DNA from: Candidatus Kapaibacterium sp.
Lineage (GTDB): Bacteria; Bacteroidota; Ignavibacteria; Kapaibacteriales; UBA2268
Assembly: GCA_963664875.1 (NCBI GenBank)
Contig: OY761611.1
Span: 3,264,001 to 3,328,000 of the forward strand
Direction: 5' to 3'
Length of the DNA: 64,000 nucleotides
Below are positions 1 through 9,292 of the stretch, one piece after another. The number at the start of each line of letters is the position of its first letter. The stretch's first letter is position 1. Under the pieces are notes generated by a model. That model had not been told where the DNA came from. It searched no databases and was given only the letters and a program-made list of their open reading frames with translations. The translations under genes were made by a program, and so were the position numbers.

Positions 1-1
1 T

Positions 2-1120
2 AAGGCAGGCAGAGTTTATATTTATGATTTTGACAATGATGTACTTAGTACAATCGAACCAAAAGTAAATCCAAATATTACATGGAATATCGCAAGAGCT
101 ATAGATTTCAGTTCAGATAATTCCGAAATAGTAGTTGCCTATGCAGATGGTAGTTTCTCTGTTTATGATAGGTCTTCTCATGCTGAAATAAGAAGCATAG
201 ATGCACATACTTCACAAATCAGAGCAATAGAATATCATCCGATAGATCAGCACATCTTTGCAGCTTCGATGGATATGACTTTTTCTCAATGGGAGAGCAC
301 AAAATCTTTACATGTGCCGTCATATACAGGGCAATCTAATATTGATGCCGATTACTCACAAACCGGCGATACTATTGCACTATCAACATATCAGGGTAGT
401 ATCCAATTTTGGAAAAACTTTGTATCGGATATAGATACTGCAGAAACAGAATTCAATTTGAAATATAAATTGAAAGTTTATTATGATGATTATGCCGTTG
501 GGTATGACACAAAGCTAAGCATAACGCCTAAAATAGAATATAATCATCAAAATCAAATCCCTTTGCAGGGGATAGATGCAGCAAAAATATATGTCAGAAT
601 GCCATCAAGGATGCTTTATCCATTGAGCAAAATTACAATCGAAAGAATGGGAGAGAGATTTGCCTTTACTGAAACCATCGGCAAAGATGATAAAGATGAG
701 AATGTGTTTTTAGCTCTACACAATCCCTACACTTCCATCGATACTCTATTTGTGGACAGCGTGAGCTATAGCGGGTCTAATTTGGAAATAGAGCTACAAA
801 ACGGAAGCATCATCACTCAAGATAATTGCTTATTGCATCCGTCAAAAATGTATTTTGCAGGCGAAGCTGAGCTAAAGATATATCCTAATCCGGCTGAGAA
901 TTTCATAAAAATTGACTGCAAACTACCTGAAAATACTTTACACGAATATTACGTGTATGATATAGACGGGAGCGAATTGCCGGCTATGAACGGAGAAATT
1001 GAGCATGATGCCAAGGAAAAAGAAATAAATATCTCAAAACTTTCGAGTGGATTATATACATTTGAGATAGTATCAGAGAGCGGAAAAAAATATTACGCAC
1101 GCTTTTTCATAATAAAATAA
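2..1120 (+). CDS. WD40-repeat protein with T9SS C-terminal sorting domain (5'-truncated by window)
   Basis: Frame is open from position 2 (KAGRVYIYD...RAIDFSSDNSEIVVAYADGSFSVYD...IDAHTSQIRAIEYHP...FAASMDMTFSQW = WD40 blades). C-terminus KIYPNPA...ISKLSSGLYTFEI...ARFFIIK is a typical T9SS CTD. Confidence 0.85.
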   Translation, partial: KAGRVYIYDFDNDVLSTIEPKVNPNITWNIARAIDFSSDNSEIVVAYADGSFSVYDRSSHAEIRSIDAHTSQIRAIEYHPIDQHIFAASMDMTFSQWESTKSLHVPSYTGQSNIDADYSQTGDTIALSTYQGSIQFWKNFVSDIDTAETEFNLKYKLKVYYDDYAVGYDTKLSITPKIEYNHQNQIPLQGIDAAKIYVRMPSRMLYPLSKITIERMGERFAFTETIGKDDKDENVFLALHNPYTSIDTLFVDSVSYSGSNLEIELQNGSIITQDNCLLHPSKMYFAGEAELKIYPNPAENFIKIDCKLPENTLHEYYVYDIDGSELPAMNGEIEHDAKEKEINISKLSSGLYTFEIVSESGKKYYARFFIIK

Positions 1121-1124
1121 AACT

Positions 1125-2558
1125 GTGGGTAGCGTTTTGAGACAAAAGAAGTTAATAAATTCGATAATGATAGTTACTATGATATTCCTATGTGTCTATT
1201 CCGGATTCTCGCAGGCAGATGAAGGTTATGAAAGAGATATAAGAATACTTAAAAGCAACGATACGCTTGTAGTACATAGAAAATTTGGTGATTTTTGGTT
1301 TGGAGCATTTTCAGGCGTATCTCTCAATTCATATTTTGGAGATTTGATCATTAAGCCAAGTGCCGAAGGCTTGATGAATCCTTTTGCTCAAACTACAGTA
1401 TATCCTCCGGGTTCAGGTAGCGGCTTATTTATAGGTGTGATGGGCGAATGGGTGCCTATCAATGAAAACTGGGGGGCTTGGCTAAAGGTGAGGTTTTACG
1501 ACAGCAGATTTAGCTCTACTCAGACTCAAATAGCTACAGACAGCTTAGATACATATTGGAAAGCAGAAACTTCGCTTCAATATATCACAATAAGCCCGGG
1601 AGCGAGATATAATACTTCTATTTCGGGGCTTTATCTTACCGCAGGTCTTGATTTCGAGTTAAATAGCTCTACGGATGTGAAAGTTGGTAAAGCATTTGAA
1701 AATGGCTCTCCTATTGATGAATTAAAGATAGTACAAATTGACAAAGCTAAAGCAAGATATGGGATAAATCTCGGTGTCGGTTACGAATTTGTTATTGCAG
1801 ATATCAACCGAAAATACAGAGCAAGAATATCTCCGTATTTTTCTCTTCATGCCGGTTCTAATATTTTAACAGATTATGGTTCTTCATGGAATGCTGTCAT
1901 GGCGAGAGCCGGTCTGCAAATTAAAATCGGAAAAGACAGGCAGACATTCGACACGCTTCCTTTTAATCCTGCTTATCAAGAGCCTCCTCGCTATTATGCT
2001 TCGGTCAAGTCTGATGCAGGAATACAGGTAGATTTATCAGATTTCAGAAGCACTCTTGTTTCCGCATGGCTGACTCAGGTAGAAGTTCCTGCTATACAAG
2101 AAGAAATCAGAGAAGAACCAATTTTAGATTTGGCAGATGTAAGGTCTGAAAGACCGGAAGAGCAGTTAGTGGTAACTAAGCCGGTACCTGTCCAGAAAAA
2201 AATAGACGTAGTGCCGGGCGATACTGTAAACTTCTCTTTCCGAACTTCTGCATCATCTGAACTTACTACTGACGCAAAAGCATATCTAAATGCAGTAGCA
2301 GAAGTGCTAAAAGGCGATCCTAATAAAATTGTTAGAATAAGAGGTCACTCAGATAACCGTGGTACATTACCTCAAAACACTCAGAGATCAAATGCAAGAG
2401 CAGACGAAGCCAGAAAATATCTAATCAGCCGAGGGGTACCTGCGGGTAGAGTATTTGCTGCAGGGGTCGGTTCTCTTTATCCGATCGGAGATAACAATGT
2501 TGAATCAGGCAGACGAAAAAACAGAAGGATAGAGGTAATAGTTGTAAGTACGAGGTAA
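1125..2558 (+). CDS. OmpA-family outer membrane protein (N-terminal beta-barrel, C-terminal peptidoglycan-binding domain)
   Basis: Signal-like hydrophobic stretch, amphipathic beta strands, and OmpA_C motifs IRGHSDNRG...NTQRSNARA...GRRKNRRIEV. Start may be a downstream ATG. Confidence 0.88.
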   Translation: MGSVLRQKKLINSIMIVTMIFLCVYSGFSQADEGYERDIRILKSNDTLVVHRKFGDFWFGAFSGVSLNSYFGDLIIKPSAEGLMNPFAQTTVYPPGSGSGLFIGVMGEWVPINENWGAWLKVRFYDSRFSSTQTQIATDSLDTYWKAETSLQYITISPGARYNTSISGLYLTAGLDFELNSSTDVKVGKAFENGSPIDELKIVQIDKAKARYGINLGVGYEFVIADINRKYRARISPYFSLHAGSNILTDYGSSWNAVMARAGLQIKIGKDRQTFDTLPFNPAYQEPPRYYASVKSDAGIQVDLSDFRSTLVSAWLTQVEVPAIQEEIREEPILDLADVRSERPEEQLVVTKPVPVQKKIDVVPGDTVNFSFRTSASSELTTDAKAYLNAVAEVLKGDPNKIVRIRGHSDNRGTLPQNTQRSNARADEARKYLISRGVPAGRVFAAGVGSLYPIGDNNVESGRRKNRRIEVIVVSTR

Positions 2559-2639
2559 AAAAAATTGGTTTATTTATCAAAAATTAAATATATTTCCCTA
2601 TGTTTACAAATACTCGAAAACTAAAATACGGATTTCAAT

Positions 2640-3020
2640 ATGGACAAGACTTTACCTATTTGCATAATTGAAGATAGTGCTCCAATCAGAAAACTTTTTA
2701 GTGCACTTTTAAAAAAATCAGGATATGAAGTAAAAGATTTTGAAGATGCCTTTTCGAGTCTCGAATGGCTCAAAGTGAATAAGGCAATGGGTATTATTAT
2801 GGATATACTTTTGCCGGATATGAACGGTACAGATTTACTTAAAAAAGTTAAAGAAGTACCTGAACATAAAGATACACCGGTAATTGCTGTTACAGGATTT
2901 GCCACAGCAAACGACAAAGAACGCTTTACTAACTTAGGATTTACTTCCTATATAGCTAAGCCGGTTGTTACTGCTACTTTTGTAGATGATGTGCTTAAAG
3001 GTTTTCAGGAAAAAAATTGA
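2640..3020 (+). CDS. Single-domain response regulator (CheY-like receiver)
   Basis: IIEDS, MDILLPDMNG (phospho-Asp), AVTG and IAKP motifs. Confidence 0.93.
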   Translation: MDKTLPICIIEDSAPIRKLFSALLKKSGYEVKDFEDAFSSLEWLKVNKAMGIIMDILLPDMNGTDLLKKVKEVPEHKDTPVIAVTGFATANDKERFTNLGFTSYIAKPVVTATFVDDVLKGFQEKN

Positions 3021-3034
3021 GATAAATCGACAAT

Positions 3035-5293
3035 ATGGACTACAACAACAACTTAAATAATAACTCTTTTGAGTCATTAGTATCGAATATGACCAAAAAG
3101 GATAAGTCGGTCTATTCGATAAAAAAGACTTATCCTGCACTAATTGTTTTGATTGTTGCATTGACATTGTCATGGATTGCTTACAATTATGTTGATCAGC
3201 AAATAATTGATGATAGAAATGAGCTTTATGAAGAGGCAACCGGTTCGGTAGTAAAAAGATTTGAAAAATCTTACTCTGCCGACTTGCAGATAACTCATTC
3301 AATGACAGGGATTTATGACCAACTGTTTGAAGTAGTAAGAGATTACTTCGAATTGTATGGCAATACTCCTGTGAAAACTGATACTTCTATGCTAAGCATG
3401 ATTTATGCCCAAAAGGTGGCTAATGCTGAACGTGGGCAGTATATTCATGATGTTATGTCTCAGGGTTACTGGTCTTATCAGATTTTCCCGGAAGGAGAAA
3501 GAGAAGAATACTTCCCTGTGCAGTATATAGTCCCGTTTGATGAAACTACTAATCACAAGCATGGATTTGATCTTAAGACCGATCCGCGAATATACTCAGC
3601 TATCGAAAAAGCAAGAGATAACCGCAGTGCAACTGCTACTGAATTTTTTGAAATTCGCAAACCGGATACTCTTGGTTTTTATATTGTTATGCCAATTTAT
3701 AAAAAAGATACACCAAGAGAAACTCTCGAAGATAGAAGAGCCAACCATCAGGGGGCTGTTCTTATGGAAATCAATTCTGCTTTGTTTTTCGAAACAGCTC
3801 TTGGCAAATCAGTTGCTTCTGACTCGACCATAGCTTTCGAATGCTTCGGAGTTAGTGATAAAGGTGATAGATATTCTATATATAAATCAAAAAACTTTGA
3901 TGAAATTCCGCAAAGCTATCAGCCGGTTATAACTTCTGAGTACGAATTGCCTCATGTTGATAAAAGTATTATTATTGCTTTCAAAACCAGCGATAAATTC
4001 GGAGCTGATTTATCAGCGGATATGCCAAATATTGTTTTAGCTTTACTGTCGGTACTGAGTTTTGCAGGTGCATTTTTGATGTTCTTGATTTTGACTTCAC
4101 GTGAAAGAGCTGAAATCAGAGCTAAAAAAATCTCCCGTTCACAGACGCGAATTACAGATTCATCGAAAGATATAATTGCTACTTTAAGTTTGGAAGGTGT
4201 TTTTGTTACAGCAAACCCTGCCGTAGCTGAAATTTTGGATATATCGCCGGAACAGCTTTTAGGTTTGAATATCTCTTCTCTTTTGATTAGAGAAAAAGAT
4301 ATTAATACATTCAACGAATTAGCAAAATCCGTAGTAGAAGAATATACAGAGCGTTTCGATTTTGAAGTTCATAAACATGGTGCTACCGATGAGTCTGTTT
4401 GGATTAACTGGAGCTTTACCGTTTCAAAAGAAGACGGCTATATTTATGCGATTGGTCGAGATGTAACGGAACAAATACTTACAGCTAAACGCGAACGAAT
4501 TAAGAGCAAAGAAGTAGAAATTGCAGAGCTTATTGCAAACAAATCTACTGCATATATTGCTCACTTTATGACCGAACTTTCGCACAGCATCAGGAACTCA
4601 CTAACGGGTGCTATCGGTTATATAGAATTGTTGCAGCTTGGCGTCTATGAAAATGAAGAAGAGTTCCAGTCATACCTCGAAATGGCACACGAATCTTCAC
4701 AGGAAATTTTCAACTATATAGCAAGTATTGTTGATGCTGCTCTTGAGTCTTACAATGGACTGCTTAAAGAAAAAAGGATGAATGATCCTGAGCTTTCTGA
4801 TACTTTACCGGAATTATCTGTAATATCAATTAGTGAGATTATGGATAATTTGAATGAGAGAATGAAAGATAAATCGGGAATTGATTTTGATATCAGATTT
4901 ACCAGCGAAAACCCGGATGTGAAGGTAATATCCTACAAAGAAAGTATTGACAAAATTCTTTTTGATATTTCTAAAGTGCTATCCTACAATTTGGAAAGGC
5001 TTGTTCTTAACATCAACGCAGAAGACAATACTGCTGAGGGAGCAATTTTAATCCAGATAATGGATGATGGCAATGATGATTTGCCTGATTTGATTGAGGT
5101 ATTCAGACATAATAGCTCAAATCTGATTAAAAATATCGCACTGGATAAAGATGATATATTGCTCAATTTCTCTAAAATTAAATTGCTTGCTGAACAGATT
5201 GATTGCCAACTTACAGTAGAAACCTTCGGTAAAGGAGATTCTAACTTAGTGCAGTTAAACATTCCTTTGAAAGGAAAAATGTCCGGAAAGTAG
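3035..5293 (+). CDS. CHASE-PAS-HisKA membrane sensor with degenerate ATPase domain
   Basis: Two TM helices flank a CHASE-like domain (YFPVQYIVP, GFDL, AIEKARD). PAS domain ends in GRDVTE; H-box SHSIRNSLTG. Confidence 0.82.
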   Translation: MDYNNNLNNNSFESLVSNMTKKDKSVYSIKKTYPALIVLIVALTLSWIAYNYVDQQIIDDRNELYEEATGSVVKRFEKSYSADLQITHSMTGIYDQLFEVVRDYFELYGNTPVKTDTSMLSMIYAQKVANAERGQYIHDVMSQGYWSYQIFPEGEREEYFPVQYIVPFDETTNHKHGFDLKTDPRIYSAIEKARDNRSATATEFFEIRKPDTLGFYIVMPIYKKDTPRETLEDRRANHQGAVLMEINSALFFETALGKSVASDSTIAFECFGVSDKGDRYSIYKSKNFDEIPQSYQPVITSEYELPHVDKSIIIAFKTSDKFGADLSADMPNIVLALLSVLSFAGAFLMFLILTSRERAEIRAKKISRSQTRITDSSKDIIATLSLEGVFVTANPAVAEILDISPEQLLGLNISSLLIREKDINTFNELAKSVVEEYTERFDFEVHKHGATDESVWINWSFTVSKEDGYIYAIGRDVTEQILTAKRERIKSKEVEIAELIANKSTAYIAHFMTELSHSIRNSLTGAIGYIELLQLGVYENEEEFQSYLEMAHESSQEIFNYIASIVDAALESYNGLLKEKRMNDPELSDTLPELSVISISEIMDNLNERMKDKSGIDFDIRFTSENPDVKVISYKESIDKILFDISKVLSYNLERLVLNINAEDNTAEGAILIQIMDDGNDDLPDLIEVFRHNSSNLIKNIALDKDDILLNFSKIKLLAEQIDCQLTVETFGKGDSNLVQLNIPLKGKMSGK

Positions 5294-5328
5294 AGCATAC
5301 TAGATGTAAATATTAAAACGACTTGATT

Positions 5329-5363
5329 AAAGCCGCCGACTTAGAAATTCGACGGCTTTTTTT
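5329..5363 (+). terminator. Intrinsic terminator
   Basis: aaagccgccga...tcgacggc followed by a T run, downstream of the sensor gene. Confidence 0.7.
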
Positions 5364-5489
5364 GGAAACTGCAAATTATATGATTCCGATTTTGTCATTA
5401 GAACTCAAAAATACTTGCAACTTCCATGATTTACGAAAAGAATTAAATTCGAAAGTGTAAAAAAAACTTACATTTTGAATCGTTGAATG

Positions 5490-5706
5490 GGCTGTATCAT
5501 AATCAAGTTAAGATATTTAAAATTCAACAAATACACTAATGTTACCTTGTATTTTAACTGCTTTTATTTGAAGTATTTACAAATTCCCCTCTTGAGCGTC
5601 GTGCTGAGCGAGCGTAGCTAGTCGAAGTAGGGTGGCATGCGTAGCATGACGGGGTGGAAAAAAAGCTCTACAATTAATAATGCACATTGTGACTTCTGAG
5701 ACAGCC
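5490..5706. mobile_element. MITE-like element, copy A (degenerate left TIR), carrying REP-like palindromes
   Basis: Right end gacttctgagacagcc (5691-5706) is the exact reverse complement of the left TIR at 42019. Left end ggctgtatcataatc (5490-5504) is a degenerate match. Confidence 0.6.
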
Positions 5707-5864
5707 TATACAAGAAACAAGATAACGACATGAATCGATTATAAATGACATTTTAAGATAAATTGATATTTGAGAAAGTGATTATGTACCTAACAAATCA
5801 AATGAGAGACAGAATTTCAAAAAAAACGGTATATTGTACTTCTACATACAAGTCTCGGAACTAA

Positions 5865-6902
5865 GTGATGGATAATACTTCAAAAAACATACTGTTAGTG
5901 TTCCTTTTTGTTCTGATATTTTATATCATGTCAGTGTTGTCGTCATTGTTGATTCCATTAGCAGTGGCATTTTTGATGGCTTCAATTTTTTCGCCTCTGA
6001 TTACTTATTTAACTAAACGCAAAATTCCCAATTTTATAATCTTGCCAATAATCTCAATTATAACTTTAGGGGTTATTTATGGCATTGCTAATATAATAAT
6101 CGATACCTTCGATTCTATAGCGATGCAGCAAGACTACCTTCTCGCAAAATTGCAGGCAAAGTTTCAGGATATAGTTCTATGGCTCAAAGATGTAACCGGT
6201 ACAGATTTGAGACGTATTAATTTTGTTGCAGAGTTTGAAGATATGCTAAGCACGGAGAGAATATCTATCCTAATAAGTAGAGTTCTTAAAAGTCTTGGTT
6301 CGTTTACCGGTTCGTTTTTTATGTTTGCGTTGTATTATGTCGTGCTGCTTGCCGGCATGGCTTCTACAGAAAAGTACATCCGATATGTCGGCGGACAAAA
6401 AGGAGAAGAAGCATTTAGCAAGTATCTCCAAGTGCAAAAATCAATAATATCATATATGATTTGGAAGACATTAGTGAGCCTCTTGACAGGCGGATTAGTC
6501 GCTTTAGTATGCTATTTGTTTGATATTAAGTTTTATGTTTTTTGGGGATTTATTGCATTTATTTTAAATTACATACCTTCAATAGGTTCGATTGCTGCAA
6601 CTATTCCTCCTATAATCATGGGAATAATTGAGCTGGAAACATTAAATGCAATATTGATACTTACTATACTTTTAGCAGCCATACAGTTTGCTATCGGAAA
6701 TATCCTTGAACCGATGGTTATGGGCAATCGATTGAAGCTAAATACAATTACCGTACTATTCGGGCTTGTATTTTGGGGTTATCTATGGGGTGTAACGGGA
6801 ATGATGCTTTCAGTGCCGCTTATGGTTGTTTTGAAATTAGTGCTTGAGCAAACCAGCTCATTAAAGTTTTTAGCAAGAATGATGGAATCTCCGGAAGGAT
6901 AA
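5865..6902 (+). CDS. AI-2E family transporter
   Basis: Multi-TM protein with LNYIPSIGS and GNILEPMVMGNRLKLN...FWGYLWGVTGMMLSVPL motifs. Confidence 0.92.
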   Translation: MMDNTSKNILLVFLFVLIFYIMSVLSSLLIPLAVAFLMASIFSPLITYLTKRKIPNFIILPIISIITLGVIYGIANIIIDTFDSIAMQQDYLLAKLQAKFQDIVLWLKDVTGTDLRRINFVAEFEDMLSTERISILISRVLKSLGSFTGSFFMFALYYVVLLAGMASTEKYIRYVGGQKGEEAFSKYLQVQKSIISYMIWKTLVSLLTGGLVALVCYLFDIKFYVFWGFIAFILNYIPSIGSIAATIPPIIMGIIELETLNAILILTILLAAIQFAIGNILEPMVMGNRLKLNTITVLFGLVFWGYLWGVTGMMLSVPLMVVLKLVLEQTSSLKFLARMMESPEG

Positions 6903-6930
6903 ATATGTTACACAAAATTTTGGATTTGAT

Positions 6931-7470
6931 ATGAGAAACATTTTATTGATCGTGTTAGTTTTAGTATTTAGTACTGTTTGTTCCAGAGCTCAAAATACAG
7001 ATGAGGTAAAACCCGGTCAAAATCAGGAGATGTTTTCTGCATATATAGGCACTTGGAAGATACTTTCTCAAAGCTATGATTTGGGTGGAAGCCTTACTAA
7101 TACCACTAATGGTGTAGCAGAAATTAAAACTGTTTTTGAAAATCGCTATTTAGATATAGATTTCAAATTCAAGGACGATAAATCAGAATTTGATATGTTT
7201 TGGACTTTGTCTTATAATTGCATAGATAATAAATATTTTCTGTTTTCGAGGAACAGCTCCTATACTTTTCCATACTACGGAAACGGCGAGTACGATGCTA
7301 AAGCAAAGTCTTTTGCATTTCTTGTAAATCAATACGATACATACGGCAACAGATACAAAATTGTATTCAAATGGGAGAGAGAAGATAAGTTTGTTATAGA
7401 GATGTACAATTTCTCCATAAAAGGTGCAGAAATACTAAAGAATAAGTTTACTCTGATAAAATTGGATTAA
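6931..7470 (+). CDS. Secreted beta-rich hypothetical protein (DUF1579-like)
   Basis: Signal peptide, IGTWK motif, and a beta-strand pattern. Confidence 0.55.
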   Translation: MRNILLIVLVLVFSTVCSRAQNTDEVKPGQNQEMFSAYIGTWKILSQSYDLGGSLTNTTNGVAEIKTVFENRYLDIDFKFKDDKSEFDMFWTLSYNCIDNKYFLFSRNSSYTFPYYGNGEYDAKAKSFAFLVNQYDTYGNRYKIVFKWEREDKFVIEMYNFSIKGAEILKNKFTLIKLD

Positions 7471-7568
7471 ATGCTTAATTTTGTACATTCTTATCTTTGA
7501 TTCAAATGCACTGTGCAATATGTTCGGTAGCAGTTTCTCCTCATTTGCTAACTATACAAGAGACTTTA

Positions 7569-8303
7569 ATGAACCAATATATTGTTTATACTGACGGCAG
7601 CAGTCTTGGCAATCCGGGCCCCGGAGGCTACGGAGTTGTAATTAAAAAAGGGGGAGACCGAAAAGAGCTCTCTGATGGTTACAGAAAAACGACAAATAAC
7701 AGAATGGAAATGCTTGCCGCAGCCGTTGCATTGGAGTCTATTCCCGAAGGCAGTGAAGTGGTTTTACACTCAGATTCTAAATTACTTATAGATGCTTTCA
7801 ATCAATATTGGATAAAAAGCTGGCAGGCAAAAGGCTGGAGAAAAGCCGACAAATCTGCTGTGCTAAATGTAGATCTTTGGAAAAGAATCTTATCAGCAAT
7901 GGCAGGAAAAAAGGTCAAATACGTTTGGGTAAAAGGGCATGACGGCATACCTGAAAATGAAAGGTGTGATATATTAGGCAGAGATGCGGCTTCAGCAAAT
8001 CCTCAAAAGATAGACTTAGAGTACGAAAAGCAAAATGATACATCTTCTTTGTTTCGGGATAATACTGTGGAAAGTAGTCCTGCTGCGGAAGAAAATACAA
8101 TGCCAACTCAGGATACTCGCATAGTTGAAACAAATTATGCTTTTGAGGGAGAGGATAGGGAGTATGTTTTTGCTGCAAAAGAAGTTGAAGGAATAGGCAC
8201 ATTTATTGAAGTAAAAATCAGAAAATCTGGTAAAGAAAAAGTATTTTATATTGGTAAAGGTGACTTGCAGGGAGTTATCGATATTTTATCAAAATTTTTA
8301 TAA
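7569..8303 (+). CDS. rnhA: Ribonuclease HI with C-terminal extension
   Basis: YTDGSSLGNPGPGGYG, TTNNRMEM, SDS, NVDLWK and WVKGHDG..ENERCD motifs. ATG at 7569 preferred over the upstream TTG. Confidence 0.95.
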   Translation: MNQYIVYTDGSSLGNPGPGGYGVVIKKGGDRKELSDGYRKTTNNRMEMLAAAVALESIPEGSEVVLHSDSKLLIDAFNQYWIKSWQAKGWRKADKSAVLNVDLWKRILSAMAGKKVKYVWVKGHDGIPENERCDILGRDAASANPQKIDLEYEKQNDTSSLFRDNTVESSPAAEENTMPTQDTRIVETNYAFEGEDREYVFAAKEVEGIGTFIEVKIRKSGKEKVFYIGKGDLQGVIDILSKFL

Positions 8304-8315
8304 AAGAGCGTAATC

Positions 8316-9197
8316 ATGGATCGCAGAAGCTTTTTAAGACTTGCAGCATTTGCGGTAGCTTTTTCAGGCACCGGGCTAAAAGCTGCCATGCAAGCTACCG
8401 ACTACTCTAAATTTAGCGAATCTGATGCTATCAAGTTCGACTCAATAGTTAAAAAATATTCGACTCCGAAGTATCGCAAGATGAAAATCGGAGATTTGAT
8501 TGCAGCAATAGCACAGGAGTTTTTAGGAACCCAGTATGTTGGAGGCACTTTGGAAGTCGCACAGAGCGAATCCTGTGTGCTCAATCTCAATGGATTGGAT
8601 TGTGTTACATTTTATGAGAATGCTCTTGCTTTTGCCAGAATAATCAAGCAGAACAAGAAAACTGAAGCAGATTTCAGAAATGAATTAATACGCCTTAGAT
8701 ATAGAGCCGGAATCATAGAAGATTATGTTTCACGTTTGCATTATACATCTGATTGGATAAATGACAATGTATTGAAAGGTGTGGTGCAAGACATTACTCC
8801 AAATTTTAAGCCATTAAAATCTGTGAACGAAGTTGGATTTATGAGTGCTAACCCTAAGTACTACAAACAACTCAGCAATAACGAGGATTTCGTAGCCCGC
8901 ATCGAAGAAATTGAACGCAATTTGAACATGGTAAGGAAAGTATTTGTGCCTCAAAATAGTGTTCCTGAAATAGAAAAAGAGCTCAAATCAGGGGATATAA
9001 TTGCAATAGCTACTTCTGTGAAAGGATTGGATTATTCGCACACAGGCATCATAGTTAGAGTAAAAAAAGAAGCAAGGTTTATGCACGCTTCTACCAAAGA
9101 AAAAAAAGTTATCCTCGATAACAAAATCTCTGATTATCTAAAAGCAAATAATAAAGCGATAGGGATAACTATAGCCAGACCACTTGAGATAAAATAG
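8316..9197 (+). CDS. DUF1460 / NlpC-P60-like amidase, Tat-exported
   Basis: MDRRSFL Tat motif; GLDCVTF catalytic Cys; SRLHYTSDW; GLDYSHTG; HAS. Confidence 0.88.
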   Translation: MDRRSFLRLAAFAVAFSGTGLKAAMQATDYSKFSESDAIKFDSIVKKYSTPKYRKMKIGDLIAAIAQEFLGTQYVGGTLEVAQSESCVLNLNGLDCVTFYENALAFARIIKQNKKTEADFRNELIRLRYRAGIIEDYVSRLHYTSDWINDNVLKGVVQDITPNFKPLKSVNEVGFMSANPKYYKQLSNNEDFVARIEEIERNLNMVRKVFVPQNSVPEIEKELKSGDIIAIATSVKGLDYSHTGIIVRVKKEARFMHASTKEKKVILDNKISDYLKANNKAIGITIARPLEIK

Positions 9198-9220
9198 AAG
9201 TTTGATATTGGTAATATTTA

Positions 9221-9259
9221 CAACAAAACCCGTGATATTTTCTTTCACGGGTTTTGTTG
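9221..9259. terminator. Bidirectional intrinsic terminator
   Basis: caacaaaacccgtga...tcacgggttttgttg between convergent genes. Confidence 0.85.
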
Positions 9260-9292
9260 CATGTAAGCAATAACTAATTCGAGATACTAAGC

